From Trueperaceae bacterium (GTDB taxonomy: Bacteria > Deinococcota > Deinococci > Deinococcales > Trueperaceae): a stretch of DNA of 64,000 nucleotides. Under the pieces are notes generated by a model that ran no database searches, was not told where the DNA came from, and saw only the letters and a list, made by a program, of their open reading frames with translations. The position numbers and the translations under genes are program-made. The DNA lies in contig CBDCDZ010000004.1 of the NCBI GenBank assembly GCA_965215565.1, forward strand, positions 2,848,001 through 2,912,000, given 5' to 3'. Shown here one piece after another: positions 38,254-49,348 of the stretch (the stretch's first letter is position 1; the number at the start of each line of letters is the position of its first letter).

Positions 38254-38292
38254 AAAAAAAGACCCATGAGCGAAAACGCTTAGGGTCTTTTT
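38254..38292 (-). terminator. Terminator after tRNA-fMet
   Basis: AAAAAGACCC...GGGTCTTTTT hairpin. Confidence 0.7.
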
Positions 38293-38298
38293 CTGTAT

Positions 38299-38375
<77 letters not shown>

Positions 38376-38626
38376 ACGCAGCAAAAATAAGCTTACTACT
38401 TCATGGCCGCGTCTGTCAAGGTGCAATAAACTTAGAGGTTCTGTGGCTGCGCTTAGCTGAGAAAGACCGCCACCCGGCGGCGGATCATCTAACGCAGTTA
38501 TCGGTGGTGCGGGGTTCGCTAGAGGTTTCATTCCGGTGGGCATCACATGCTCGAGTGCTGTCAAGGCGTAGCGTTGCAAGCTTCCTCGACTCGGGCACCG
38601 GTCTATTTCGCCCGAATCAGTCTATA

Positions 38627-38737
38627 TAGCGATTATCAGAAGTACTGAGCTTGAATCACGCAGGTATCATCACCGAAAGTGCGTGCTAGACGATAGTGTA
38701 TCTCGTGAGATTGGCTCAAACCAGATGATACCTGCTA
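38627..38737 (+). mobile_element. 111-bp repeat copy R10 (second subfamily, no insertions)
   Basis: TAGCGATT...AAGTACTGAGCTTGAATCACGCAGGTATCATC...CCAGATGATACCTGCTA; TA on both flanks. Confidence 0.85.
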
Positions 38738-39164
38738 TATTTGCCTGAAAAATGGCAGATATACCGCCGCACCCTTCAAAAACGCAATTTTTACGGGATA
38801 TGGCTGTGAATTTAGTGACTTCCCACATTGTCTATGAGAGCGATTTTTCGTGTCATTAGCCGCTTAACCCCCTCCCTGATGGAGTTTTATGGGATGTGGC
38901 TAATAATCTACACAAAAACCCTTAACAATTTTAATAATTGCCCGCGTTAGGTTTGTAGACAACTGAGGACGGCCTCCCCTCAGAAATCCACAACGTACCT
39001 ACTCGTAACATAGCGCAATCAAGTTACAACCTGTTTAGGTGCAAATACGCAAGTCGTCAAAGGTTCGAAAGAAATTTCGTAAACCCGTAGATGGGTTGCG
39101 GTTCAGGGCGGCTGGTTAAACCAGTCACATTCCATAAAGCTGGGCAGCAGAAAGAGAGTCATTT

Positions 39165-40835
39165 ATGAAGGCAAAGCCACCTACAACGTCATGTGCCGCT
39201 AGAGGGCAGGGAAAGCTAAGCTTACTTGCCGTAGGTGTCGTGTTATTCCTCGCTGCGTGTAGTAGCGGTTTAGAGGGAGACCTACCCGACTTAGAGGCGA
39301 ACGCCTCCACGAAAACAGCCGAGTCGCGCGTTTCGTCCTACAGCGACAACGCTGAGGAGAGAACCTCGGGCTTAGTGATTAACAGCAGTACAGACCTAGA
39401 ACTTACGCACGACGTGGAGCGCGGTCAGCAGCTCCTCGGTCTGCGTTTCAACAACGTCAAGGTGCCGCGCGGCGCAGATATTAAGGATGCGTACATTCAG
39501 TTCAAAGCGGACGAGGCGGACTCGGGGTCTGTCAAGGTGCGCATCTACGCGCACGATACAGACGACGCCTCAGGTTTTTCGCAGGGCTACAACAGCGGCA
39601 TCTCCAAGCGGAGCAAGACCTCCAAGTCGGTAAGCTGGAGCATCGACTCTTGGAAAAAGCGCGGCGAGCGCGGTAGCAAGCAGCGCACCCCCGATATCGA
39701 CGACGTCGTTCAAGAGGTCACGGACCGCAAAGGGTGGGACTACGGCAACTCGTTGGCGTTCATCATCTCAGGTAGCGACAAGAATGACCGGCGCGTCGCC
39801 GAGTCTTACCGCGGCGATAAGGGTGGTGCACCTCAACTCGTCATCAAGTATAGTGGCGGCGAGAGCGGGTCCCGCTCAGCGCCGGTCAGCTCTGGACCCA
39901 AAGTGGGCAGCGGCGACGCCGACTACTACGTCTCGCCTAGCGGCAGCGACAGCAACAGCGGCTCGAAGAACAGGCCCCTCAAAACGCTCTATAAAGTCTC
40001 GCAGGTAGTTAAACCCGGCGACACGGTCTTCTTACGCGGCGGCACCTATAGAGGGAAGTACCAAACCTACGTCGGCTACGACCGCGGAGCCTTCAAAAGA
40101 GACGGCAAAAAAGGCAAGCCGATTACCATCATGAGCTACCCCGGCGAGCGGGCCGTTGTCGACGGCAGCCTCCGCAGCTACAAGCAGTACAAGAGTTTGT
40201 GTAGCCCCTCCCTCTTTAAGATCACGGCGGACTACTACGTCGTTAAGAACATCACCTTTAAGAATAGCGCCGGTCGCGGTCTATATCTGAGAGGTAAGGG
40301 CAACGTTGTCGACGGCGTCAAGTCGTACGACAACCACTGTGACGGCATCTACATGTCCGGCAGCAACAACCGCGCCGAAAACTTCGAGTCTTACAACAAC
40401 TACAGCAAGCAGAACGACGGCGACTCGGCGGACGGCATCAAGATGCTCGGCGGTTCCGACAACGTCATCAGAAACTGCCTCGTCTACAAGAACTCCGACG
40501 ACGGCATTGACATCTGGGATACGAAGAAGACGCTCGTCGAGAACTGCACCGCTAACGACAACGGCAGAGGCAAGACGGGCGACGCGAACGGACTCAAGTT
40601 GGGCTCTAGCAGCTCCAAGAACACCGGCAACGTAGCGCGCAACAACAAAGCTGAGGGCAACCGGATCAACTTTACGACGAACGGCAGCACGGGCGTCACC
40701 TTGACCGGCAACATCTCTCGCGGCGCGGACTCCGTAGGCTTTAGCATCGGTAAGGGCAACAAAGCGTGCGACAACAAGAGCTATAGCGAGCGGAACTCTG
40801 TAAACTACAACCGAGGGTGTGGTAATAGCTGGTAA
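39165..40835 (+). CDS. Lipoprotein with right-handed beta-helix (polysaccharide lyase family 9-like) domain
   Basis: Lipobox LAAC; YYVSPSGSDSN, PGDTVFLRGGTY, NSDDGIDIW, GDANGLKLG. Confidence 0.75.
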   Translation: MKAKPPTTSCAARGQGKLSLLAVGVVLFLAACSSGLEGDLPDLEANASTKTAESRVSSYSDNAEERTSGLVINSSTDLELTHDVERGQQLLGLRFNNVKVPRGADIKDAYIQFKADEADSGSVKVRIYAHDTDDASGFSQGYNSGISKRSKTSKSVSWSIDSWKKRGERGSKQRTPDIDDVVQEVTDRKGWDYGNSLAFIISGSDKNDRRVAESYRGDKGGAPQLVIKYSGGESGSRSAPVSSGPKVGSGDADYYVSPSGSDSNSGSKNRPLKTLYKVSQVVKPGDTVFLRGGTYRGKYQTYVGYDRGAFKRDGKKGKPITIMSYPGERAVVDGSLRSYKQYKSLCSPSLFKITADYYVVKNITFKNSAGRGLYLRGKGNVVDGVKSYDNHCDGIYMSGSNNRAENFESYNNYSKQNDGDSADGIKMLGGSDNVIRNCLVYKNSDDGIDIWDTKKTLVENCTANDNGRGKTGDANGLKLGSSSSKNTGNVARNNKAEGNRINFTTNGSTGVTLTGNISRGADSVGFSIGKGNKACDNKSYSERNSVNYNRGCGNSW

Positions 40836-40865
40836 CTAACTGCAAAGCTAAACTCATCAGAAGCA

Positions 40866-40902
40866 AGAAAGAGCGAGTGGGTCTTCCACTCGCTCTTTCT
40901 TA
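40866..40902. terminator. Terminator hairpin
   Basis: AAGAAAGAGCGAGTGG / CCACTCGCTCTTTCTT. Confidence 0.8.
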
Positions 40903-40933
40903 TTCATACTAGCTCTGACAGTTGTGCGAAATA

Positions 40934-41068
40934 TAGCAAGTATCATAATTACTGGTCTTGAATCACGCAGATATCATCACAATCAAGTGCGTGCTCGTCG
41001 ATGTTCTCCAGAGTGAGATTGGCTCAAACCAGCTCCGAGCTTTGCGAGACAGATTTTGATACCTGCTA
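40934..41068 (+). mobile_element. Repeat copy R11 with ~24-nt insertion in right end
   Basis: Like R10, with CTCCGAGCTTTGCGAGACAGATTT at 41033-41056; TA on both flanks. Confidence 0.8.
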
Positions 41069-41081
41069 TAGAACCGAGAAA

Positions 41082-42050
41082 TTAGGCGTCCGGCTCTATC
41101 CAGTACCTCTTATGAGGCAGTTCGTCGTCAGCGGTGTAGGTGTCCAGTTCGAAAACTTCTAGTATCGCCATCGCTCGCCGCGTCTCTTCCGGCGTCGTTT
41201 TGTTTCGCCATTTTTTAACGAGATGCTCGCGCTCTTGGGTGTTGCCGAGCATCTGCCGCGTCTTCTCATCCGACTTATAAGTTGAGTTAGACGCCACGTG
41301 AAGCTGCTTATTCATAAGATCGGTGTCGGGCAGCTCGAGCTTGCGCGCAAGTTCTTTAAGCACAGGCGCGGGCTCCAACACGAGCTGCTCGTAAGAGGTG
41401 ATAACCCAGTCGTCGGTGGCTTGTCTGAGCGGCACCGCCATCTCGAAGCACCAGGACAGCACGCAGCGCTCTATGAACGAGCCCGAACGCGCCACCTTCT
41501 CGGCAAAAGTCAACTGCTGGTCCGTGAAGTGCTCCCGGTAGCTGCTATTCATAAACGACTCGAGCCGACAGATTTCCTCGTAAGACACGGCTACTGCCAT
41601 CGGATGCCGTAACAGGAAGACAATACGCCCGTTAAAGGTGTCGCGGAACCAGTTGACCCTGTCTTCGCCGCCGTGAATGACCTTGAAGACGATGCGGCGC
41701 GTGAGGTAGCGGTAGTGTTTGTTGTAGAAGAAGTTCGTGTCTTTAGTGTGCAGTCTCCCATCACAGATGCGCCTGAAGTAGGACTCGAGCGCCGCCGTCG
41801 CCCCTTCGCTGTAAAACGCTTCCCAAGTGTCGAACCCCAACTCGTCGCGGATTCTCTTATGCCTGAGGTTGAGCGGCTCGTCGATCGCCTTGAAAGTAGG
41901 CTGGCTCAGGATAAGCTCCGTGAGCCAGGTGGAGCCGCCGCGCGGTCTGGCGAAGACAAAGACGTTGGGCGAGCCGTCAGGTCTATGGAGGTTCGTTGCA
42001 GATTTGGTGAGCCGTATAAGCTTTTCTTTAGCCGTGTAAGTCAGATTCAT
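41082..42050 (-). CDS. Sulfotransferase family protein
   Basis: PRGGSTWL (5'-PSB-like), LLRHP, SYEQL; start position uncertain. Confidence 0.75.
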   Translation of the reverse strand: MNLTYTAKEKLIRLTKSATNLHRPDGSPNVFVFARPRGGSTWLTELILSQPTFKAIDEPLNLRHKRIRDELGFDTWEAFYSEGATAALESYFRRICDGRLHTKDTNFFYNKHYRYLTRRIVFKVIHGGEDRVNWFRDTFNGRIVFLLRHPMAVAVSYEEICRLESFMNSSYREHFTDQQLTFAEKVARSGSFIERCVLSWCFEMAVPLRQATDDWVITSYEQLVLEPAPVLKELARKLELPDTDLMNKQLHVASNSTYKSDEKTRQMLGNTQEREHLVKKWRNKTTPEETRRAMAILEVFELDTYTADDELPHKRYWIEPDA

Positions 42051-42311
42051 AAAGGTTGCGTCTCCGTGAGTTAGCGATGTGCTGTAACTCATACCAATTC
42101 CGATTGATTCGCTAGCGTAGCGAATCAATCCGAGCGGATGCGAGCGGGAACAAAGATACGGATGGAGTGTATGAACTATCATCGAACGCATTTTTCGGTG
42201 ATAGGGAATTAAACGGAATCCGTATCACATAGCGTACCTCGAGGAAACCACCTGAAACGCGCACCGCTCACAGCGCTACGGAGAAGCGCTTCGCGATACC
42301 GACAAGAACGA

Positions 42312-43079
42312 CTAATTTATGGATGTAGGTACGTTTGAATGCGCAACTGGCAAGTGCGCAGAGACACGCTGCGCGATGACCTCTGTGAGCAGCGCGTCGT
42401 AGGAGAGATAGTCTGCCAGCTTTAGGTCAATATTCGGATAAACTTCCTGCGCCGTCCCAATCGCCTCGGGTAAGTCGAGCGCCACGTGCCCGCCGAGCTG
42501 TAAAAAGTAGGGCGCAGCGACGATCTGCTCGGCGCTCGTCTCATCTACGAGCTTTTGTATGCCTTTAGCGATGTCGGGCGTGTTGATCTCCATGAAACTC
42601 ACCTGGACCGCTGCATAGTCTAAGCCACGAAGGGTTTTGGCAACCTCATAAATAGGCGCGTTCGCCTCCTCGTGAGGGGTGCCGTGCGCGATGAGGAGCA
42701 GCGCGCAGCGCGCCTTGGTGCGCGCTACCGCCGCCCGGTCGAGGACCATCTGGACGAGCGCAGGGTGATATTCGAAGGCGTCGGCAATGCTAAACGTGAG
42801 GGCTGGGTGCGCCGCTCTCGCCTCCGCGATGAGCTTGGGCAGGATGCGCTTGACGTAAAAGCCTGGGATTAAAAAATAAGGTTGAACAACGATGTGCGTC
42901 GCGCCTTTGCGGGCGCAGCGCTCAACTGCGTCGGCAACGGTAGGTTTGCTGAAATTCAAGAAACCCGCCGTGGCTATAGGCGCGACACCCTGTTTGCGCA
43001 AAAGTGCCGCTAAGCGAATCATCGACGCGCCCGAGGCTTGGCGGAGGCTACCGTGTCCAACTAAAATAACGGCGTTCAT
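42312..43079 (-). CDS. Sirohydrochlorin chelatase (CbiX/SirB)
   Basis: Two repeats with GHGS/AHGT and PYFL..G.H. Confidence 0.88.
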   Translation of the reverse strand: MNAVILVGHGSLRQASGASMIRLAALLRKQGVAPIATAGFLNFSKPTVADAVERCARKGATHIVVQPYFLIPGFYVKRILPKLIAEARAAHPALTFSIADAFEYHPALVQMVLDRAAVARTKARCALLLIAHGTPHEEANAPIYEVAKTLRGLDYAAVQVSFMEINTPDIAKGIQKLVDETSAEQIVAAPYFLQLGGHVALDLPEAIGTAQEVYPNIDLKLADYLSYDALLTEVIAQRVSAHLPVAHSNVPTSIN

Positions 43080-43900
43080 AGCGTGACGTTGAGAGGTTCC
43101 GGTGCAGGTTGAGCACGCTCTACAACTTCTGAATCGAACCAGCGCAACTCGGAGCGCAGCCGCACCACCTCGCCAACGATGAGCGTCGCGGGCGCTTTTA
43201 GGCCCGCGACGCGCACCTCTTCTGCAATAGACGCCAACGTTCCTTCAACCGTTTCTTGCTCGTCCGTCGTACCCCAACGCACCATCGCCGCAGGCGTAGC
43301 GGGCGAGCGTCCTGCCCTAACAAGCGCCTCGGTAATCGCCTCTAGCCTACCCACGCCCATGAGAATTACGAGTGTATCGACGCCTGCTAAAGCGTGCCAA
43401 TCGTGACTGGAATCCACTTTACTCGGGTCCTCATGCCCCGCTACAATCGCCACCGACGCTGCGAGGTTGCGGTGCGTGACCGGAATCCCGGCGTAGGCGG
43501 GCGCAGCCACCGCCGACGAGATGCCCGGCACGACTTCAAAGGGAATATTCGCCTCGCGAAGCGCCAGTGCCTCTTCGCCGCCGCGCCCAAAGATGAAGGG
43601 ATCGCCGCCCTTGAGCCGCACGACCTCTTTGCCTAACTTCGCTTTCTCCACCAGCAGCGCGCTGATAGCCTCTTGCGAATACGAGGACTGGACGCCGTGC
43701 TTGCCGACGTAAATAAGCTCCGCGTCGGCGCGACAGTGCTGCAGCAGCTTGGGATTGACGAGGCGGTCGTAGGCGACGACTTCGGCGTTTTGCAAGCGGC
43801 GCAAACCTTTGATGGTCAAGAGTTCAGGATCGCCTGGGCCCGCGCCGACGAGCGAGACGAAGCCCGCCGGGGAGAGGTGAGCTGAAGAGGTGTAGGACAT
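43076..43900 (-). CDS. cobA: Uroporphyrinogen-III C-methyltransferase
   Basis: [28 protein letters not shown]. Confidence 0.93.
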   Translation of the reverse strand: MSYTSSAHLSPAGFVSLVGAGPGDPELLTIKGLRRLQNAEVVAYDRLVNPKLLQHCRADAELIYVGKHGVQSSYSQEAISALLVEKAKLGKEVVRLKGGDPFIFGRGGEEALALREANIPFEVVPGISSAVAAPAYAGIPVTHRNLAASVAIVAGHEDPSKVDSSHDWHALAGVDTLVILMGVGRLEAITEALVRAGRSPATPAAMVRWGTTDEQETVEGTLASIAEEVRVAGLKAPATLIVGEVVRLRSELRWFDSEVVERAQPAPEPLNVTL

Positions 43901-44153
43901 GAACCTCGTTATACCCCAAAAGTTTACAAAAGATGTCAGCTATGTACTTGACATAAATTATCACTTACTTGTAGCCTCGGAGTCATGGCGGTAGAGCCTA
44001 CAGGGGTAGGCTCGAGCACGTGAAAGGAACCCCCGTGAAGCGTTCTTCTCAGCCTATGTTCGCGCTATCTTTACCCCTCGGGGCGCGATGTTCCTGCTGA
44101 CACCATACTGCCTATTCCCACCCAAACCGAACCTCACCTTTTAGGGAAGTCCT

Positions 44154-45926
44154 ATGCCTGAAGCTCAAAAGCCTAAGTCTAAAACCACCAAACCCAAGCG
44201 CACGCCCAAGCCCAGCGTCGAAGAGATCAAGATTGCCAGCCGGTATCTGAGCGAAGGGGTGAGGGAGCAGCTCGAGAACGAAAACGCCAACGTCGATGAG
44301 ACGGGCTACCAGCTCCTCAAGTTCTCGGGCATCTATCAGCAGGACAACCGCGATCTGCGCCCGCAGCTCCGCAAACAGGGCAAGGACCGCGACTACTCGT
44401 TTATGGTGCGCTCGAAAGCGCCCGCAGGCATTCTCTCGGCGGAGCAGTACTTGGTCCACGACAGGCTCTGCGACTCGCACGGCGACGGCACGATGCGCTT
44501 CACCACGCGCCAGGGCATTCAGCTTCACGGTGTCGTCAAGGGCGACCTCAAGCCGCTTATCCAAGAACTCAACCAAGCTTTGGTGACCACCCTCGCCGCC
44601 TGCGGCGACGTCAACCGCAACGTGATGGGCTGCCCTGCGCCGCAAAAAGACCGCGAACACGCCCTGATCGACCAGGTGTGCCGTGAACTCGAGGCGCACC
44701 TCTTGCCGCGCAGTGCGGCGTACTACGACCTCTGGATCGACGGCGAAAAACAGCAAGTCCCCGTGCCGCCCGCCGTATCCAACAAGGCAACCGCAGACGA
44801 GCAAGAGCCTATCTACGGCAAGACCTACCTCCCGCGCAAGTTCAAAATCGGCGTGGCGTTTCCGCACGATAACTGTGTAGATGTCTTCACCCAAGATATT
44901 GGCATTGTGCCGGTTTTAGAGGGTGAGACCTTGCGCGGTTATGACCTCTTAGTCGGCGGCGGCATGGGTATGAGCCATACCGACGACACTACGTTTCCGC
45001 GCTTAGCCGAGCCCTTAGGTTTCGTCGCACCGGACGCGCTCATCGCCACCGTCGAAGCGATTGTGACCGTTCAGCGCGACTTCGGCAACCGCGAGAACCG
45101 CAAGCGGGCGCGGATGAAGTATTTGGTGGACGAGTGGGGTATTGAGAAGTTCCGCGCGACTGTGCAAGAACGCCTCGAGCACGAGATTCAACCCTGGGTG
45201 GACGTCGGTGAATTCAGTGTGGATGACCACCTAGGCTGGCGCGAGCAGGGTGACGGGCGCTACTACTTCGGCGTGCCGGTGGAGAACGGGCGCATCAAGG
45301 ACGCGGGCGAGATGCGGCTGCGCTCTGGTCTGCGTGCCATCCTCGAGCACTTCCGCTGCGAGGTGCGCATCACGGCGCAGCACAACCTCTTGCTCGTGGA
45401 TTTGAAAGAAGAGGATGAGGAGCCACTCCGGGCGATGCTACGCGAGTACGGTATCCGCACGAAAGAGGAGATCACCAAGGCGCGGCGCTATTCTATCGCC
45501 TGCCCCGCCCTGCCGACTTGCGGGCTCGCCTTGGCGGAGTCCGAGCGGGTGATGCCGCGTGTGATTGATGATTTGGAAGGTGAACTCGAGTCCTTAGGCT
45601 TAGGGAGTGAAGACATCGTCATCCGCATGACCGGCTGCCCCAACGGATGCGCCCGCCCCCACACTGCCGAACTCGCCTTTATCGGGCGCTCGCCGGGCAA
45701 GTACAAGCTCTACGTCGGCGGTGCGTTTAACGGCGCGCGGCTGGCGCAAGAATACGCCGACTTGGTTGACCAAGACCACCTCTTGGGAACCGTCGCGCCC
45801 CTTTTCAAACTTTGGAAAGAGCAGCGTCAGCCGGATGAGCATTTCGGGGACTTCTGTTACCGTCAAGGCGTCGAAGCGTTGCAAGAGCAAACAACTCAGC
45901 TACAAGAGGTCAGGGGCCATGACTAA
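44154..45926 (+). CDS. Sulfite reductase hemoprotein (Sir/CysI)
   Basis: [28 protein letters not shown]. Confidence 0.92.
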   Translation: MPEAQKPKSKTTKPKRTPKPSVEEIKIASRYLSEGVREQLENENANVDETGYQLLKFSGIYQQDNRDLRPQLRKQGKDRDYSFMVRSKAPAGILSAEQYLVHDRLCDSHGDGTMRFTTRQGIQLHGVVKGDLKPLIQELNQALVTTLAACGDVNRNVMGCPAPQKDREHALIDQVCRELEAHLLPRSAAYYDLWIDGEKQQVPVPPAVSNKATADEQEPIYGKTYLPRKFKIGVAFPHDNCVDVFTQDIGIVPVLEGETLRGYDLLVGGGMGMSHTDDTTFPRLAEPLGFVAPDALIATVEAIVTVQRDFGNRENRKRARMKYLVDEWGIEKFRATVQERLEHEIQPWVDVGEFSVDDHLGWREQGDGRYYFGVPVENGRIKDAGEMRLRSGLRAILEHFRCEVRITAQHNLLLVDLKEEDEEPLRAMLREYGIRTKEEITKARRYSIACPALPTCGLALAESERVMPRVIDDLEGELESLGLGSEDIVIRMTGCPNGCARPHTAELAFIGRSPGKYKLYVGGAFNGARLAQEYADLVDQDHLLGTVAPLFKLWKEQRQPDEHFGDFCYRQGVEALQEQTTQLQEVRGHD

Positions 45927-46563
45927 GAACATTCCCGACCCTAGAGAAGCCATCGCTTGGGCTTTGGAGCGCTACCCCGACCTCATGATGACGAGCGGCT
46001 TCAACCTGAACGGCACGGTGCTGGTTGACTTCGCCGTGCGTGCAGGATTTAGGGGAGAGGTTGTCTTCATTGATACCCTCTCGCACTTTCCCGAAACGCT
46101 GCAAACGAGGGACACCATCGCCGCCCGCTACCCCGAAATCACCCTGACGACGCTTCAGCCTGCGTCACCCAAAGATGAATTGCCCGCGTGCGGCACGGCG
46201 AACTGCTGCCAGGTGCGCAAGTTGGAGCCCCTGCGCCTCTACCTCGCCGAAAAGCAGCCGAGCGCGCTCCTCAGCGCCCGCAGCCGCTTCCAGAGCGAGA
46301 CGCGGGCGCAGCTCAACACCGTCGAGGACAGCGGCGACTATATTAAGGTGAACCCGCTGGCGCACCTCTCGAGGGGAGACTTGGAGTCCTATGCTAAAGA
46401 CCATGACCTCCCCGTCAACCCGCTCTACTGGCGGGGCTTTCTGAGCATCGGCTGCGCGCCCGTGACGCGGGCGGTGCGCGAAGGCGAAGACGTGCGTGCG
46501 GGGCGCTGGGAAGGGCAGGAGAAGACAGAATGTGGATTGTGGTACGGGGATAAAGCGCTGTAG
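45919..46563 (+). CDS. cysH: (P)APS reductase
   Basis: [31 protein letters not shown]. Confidence 0.85.
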   Translation: MTKNIPDPREAIAWALERYPDLMMTSGFNLNGTVLVDFAVRAGFRGEVVFIDTLSHFPETLQTRDTIAARYPEITLTTLQPASPKDELPACGTANCCQVRKLEPLRLYLAEKQPSALLSARSRFQSETRAQLNTVEDSGDYIKVNPLAHLSRGDLESYAKDHDLPVNPLYWRGFLSIGCAPVTRAVREGEDVRAGRWEGQEKTECGLWYGDKAL

Positions 46564-46690
46564 GGAGGCGTGTCAGCCTTTCAGCTTGTCAGGTTAGCGA
46601 CCGCGTTCAGCTCTCAGCTTGGAGGTAGAGCGAGGTAGGTCCTCAGGCTGCAACCTCTTGATGAGTTTTGTAAGGCGGTAGGATGGAGAG

Positions 46691-47521
46691 GTGCAGCCCG
46701 CCTCTCCATTCAACGTTACAATTCGCGGCCTCTCTCATATTGACGATCTCAAACGCTGTGAAGAGGTTCAGCGCTCGGTGTGGGGCTTCTCTGAGCTGGA
46801 GGTCTTAGCGGCGTCGCACCTGAGCGCGGCGGTTCACGCGGGTGGACTCGTTGCGGGTGCGTGGTATGAAGAGGTGGACCGGGGCAGATACAAACGAACA
46901 CTCTGCGGTTTCGTTTACGGCTTTCCTACCTACTATAAAAACGGTTCCATTGGTCTTCACTCACACATGATGGCGGTTTTGCCTAAGTATCGTGGTTTAG
47001 GTATCGGTCAGCGGCTCAAGTGGTTCCAGCGTGCGTGGTGTTTGGAGCGAGGCTTGAAGTGGGTCACGTGGACCTTCGACCCTTTACAGGTCAAAAACGC
47101 AAAACTCAACTTGGAGTATTTAGGCGGAATATCGTTCGAGTATCTCGTCAACCCTTACGGTGTAATGGGAGGAGACCTCAACGGCGAACTGCCCAGTGAC
47201 AGGCTCGTTGTCTATTGGGATTTGTTGCGTGCAGAGGTGGATGAGTTGGCGTCTGGTAGACCTCAACCACCTCTTGCTCGACCCTCTTTGCAGGACACAC
47301 CACACGTCTACGCCCTTCACGCGGATGTGCTTACGCCTGACTTCACGGACGAACCTCTTCTTTACGTAGCAACGCCTGACGATATCAACGCTTTGAGGTC
47401 TAAAAACCCGGATAAAGCTTTAGCGTGGCGGCTCGCGCAGCGTGAAGTATTTTTGGAGCTTTTCGGAAGAGGCTACAGCGTGACGCGCTTTGTGGACGGG
47501 CATTACGCCCTAACTCGGTAG
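46691..47521 (+). CDS. GNAT family acetyltransferase
   Basis: LHSHMMAV..RGLGIG..LK, WTFDPL, SDRL. Confidence 0.8.
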   Translation: MQPASPFNVTIRGLSHIDDLKRCEEVQRSVWGFSELEVLAASHLSAAVHAGGLVAGAWYEEVDRGRYKRTLCGFVYGFPTYYKNGSIGLHSHMMAVLPKYRGLGIGQRLKWFQRAWCLERGLKWVTWTFDPLQVKNAKLNLEYLGGISFEYLVNPYGVMGGDLNGELPSDRLVVYWDLLRAEVDELASGRPQPPLARPSLQDTPHVYALHADVLTPDFTDEPLLYVATPDDINALRSKNPDKALAWRLAQREVFLELFGRGYSVTRFVDGHYALTR

Positions 47522-47641
47522 ATTCAGGACAACCGAGCACAAATTTCGCCGCGCTCTGCACCGCCTCAACGTCCTCAATACAACGGAGTCGGGCAAGGTA
47601 ACATCGGGTGAGCGGGCAGATTCGCCTCGAGAGGACTCCCC

Positions 47642-48856
47642 ATGAACATCACGATTTTGACCAACGAATACCCCCCCAATATCTACGGCGGCGCGGGCGT
47701 CCACGTCGAGTATCTGACAAAAGAGTTGGTGCGCCTAGAGGACGCTTCTCACACCGTCCAAGTGTTCTCTTTCGGTGAGCAGGACGAGCAGCAGGGCAAT
47801 CTAAGCGTAAAAGGAATCCAGCCTGACTTCACCCCACCCTCGCAAGACCCGCGCCACGCGAAGTTTATGGACACCTTGCAGCGCGACCTCGTGATGGCAG
47901 GCAGCGTTCAAAACGCCGACATCGTCCACTGTCACACTTGGTACGCGCACCTTGCGGGCTGCTTGGTCAAGCAACTCACGGGCGCGAAACTCGTCTTGAC
48001 GACGCATTCCCTAGAGCCCCACCGCCCCTGGAAAGTCGAACAACTCGGCAGCGCCTACGTCGCGAGTACCTGGATCGAGCGCACCGCTTATCAAAACGCG
48101 GACGGCGTCGTCGCGGTATCCGAGTCGATGAAGCGCGACGTGAACGCGCTTTACGGCGTTCCTTCTGAATGCACCCGCGTTATCCCTAACGGCATCGACT
48201 TAGACGAGTACAAGCCTAAGCCTGATAAAGAGGTCTTAGGGCGCTACGGCGTCGACCCCAGCACCCCTTACGTCCTCTTCGTCGGGCGCATCACGCGGCA
48301 AAAGGGCATCTTGCACCTTGTGAACGCGATCAAAAACTTTCGCCCCGGCACCCAAGTCGTCCTCTGCGCAGGCGCACCCGACACGAAAGAAATAGAAGCG
48401 GAGATGACGGAGCGCGTCGAGACGGCGCGGGCGGAGGGAGACCAAAATATCGTTTGGGTCCGGCAGATGGTCCCGAGGGAGGACATCATCACGCTCTACA
48501 CGCACGCGGCGCTCTTCGTCTGCCCATCGGTCTACGAGCCCTTTGGCATCATCAACTTAGAGGCGATGGCGTGTGAAACGCCCGTGGTGGCGTCGGCGGT
48601 GGGCGGCATCCCGGAAATTATCAACGACGGTGAGACAGGTTTGCTCGTCCCTTTTGAGAGAGCGGGGGAGAACGACTTTGAGTCCAAGGAGCCGGAGAAG
48701 TTCTCTAAAGCTTTGGCTGAGGCGGTGAATGAGTTGCTAAAGAACCCCGAGAGGTTGGAGGCGATGGGGCGAGCCTCGAGAAAGCGTGTGGAGGAGAAGT
48801 TCGGCTGGCAGGCGGTGGCGCGGGAGACCTTAGAGTTTTACAAATCATTGCTCTGA
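47642..48856 (+). CDS. glgA: GT4 glycogen synthase/GlgM-like glucosyltransferase
   Basis: EYPPNIYGGAGVHV, HTWY, HSLEPHRPWK.EQLG, EPFGIINLEAMA. Confidence 0.85.
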   Translation: MNITILTNEYPPNIYGGAGVHVEYLTKELVRLEDASHTVQVFSFGEQDEQQGNLSVKGIQPDFTPPSQDPRHAKFMDTLQRDLVMAGSVQNADIVHCHTWYAHLAGCLVKQLTGAKLVLTTHSLEPHRPWKVEQLGSAYVASTWIERTAYQNADGVVAVSESMKRDVNALYGVPSECTRVIPNGIDLDEYKPKPDKEVLGRYGVDPSTPYVLFVGRITRQKGILHLVNAIKNFRPGTQVVLCAGAPDTKEIEAEMTERVETARAEGDQNIVWVRQMVPREDIITLYTHAALFVCPSVYEPFGIINLEAMACETPVVASAVGGIPEIINDGETGLLVPFERAGENDFESKEPEKFSKALAEAVNELLKNPERLEAMGRASRKRVEEKFGWQAVARETLEFYKSLL

Positions 48857-48903
48857 GATGACCGAGCGATGACCTCTTTGTCGACACGCTATAATGGACA
48901 CAG

Positions 48904-49347
48904 ATGTCCGACTATCAAGCCCTGCGAGATGAAGTGGATACGCTTAAACGCTCCGTTCAAAGCCTAGAGCAAGGCGAGCGCTTCACGATGCTCGAGAAAA
49001 TCATCGACGCCAACACCCAAGCGGTGCAAGAATTCACTGAGTCGAGCCGCTTTCAGCTCAGCGAGCAGAATCGGCGCATTGAGTCGCTCGAGGTCAAGCT
49101 GAGCGAAGAGCTAAGGCGGATGGGCGATAAGATTGACGCATTGGATGTCAAGCTCAACGGTAAAATTGACGCATTAGAAGTCAAGCTAGATGGTAAAATT
49201 GACGCACTAGAAGCTAAGCTAGACGCCAAAATCGAGAGGTTCAGAACGGATTTAGAGAACAAAATCGCCCACTCGCAGACCGTCATCTTAAGCGCGATTG
49301 CTGCGGTGGGCGTGATTCTAGCGGCGATTCAGATTATTACGGCGTGA
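48904..49347 (+). CDS. Coiled-coil protein with 11-aa repeats and C-terminal TM (DUF1640-like)
   Basis: KIDAL(D/E)xKL(N/D)x repeated three times (33-bp tandem at about 49128-49230). Confidence 0.7.
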   Translation: MSDYQALRDEVDTLKRSVQSLEQGERFTMLEKIIDANTQAVQEFTESSRFQLSEQNRRIESLEVKLSEELRRMGDKIDALDVKLNGKIDALEVKLDGKIDALEAKLDAKIERFRTDLENKIAHSQTVILSAIAAVGVILAAIQIITA

Positions 49348-49348
49348 G

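Noticed and set aside
39050..39130. c-di-GMP-I riboswitch upstream of the beta-helix gene
   Set aside because: Only a weak TTCGAAAGAA resemblance; the GGCAAA/CGCAAAGC core and P1 are not convincing.
43980..44150. SAM riboswitch or Cys leader peptide before sulfite reductase
   Set aside because: No S-box consensus, and the short ORF there contains no Cys.
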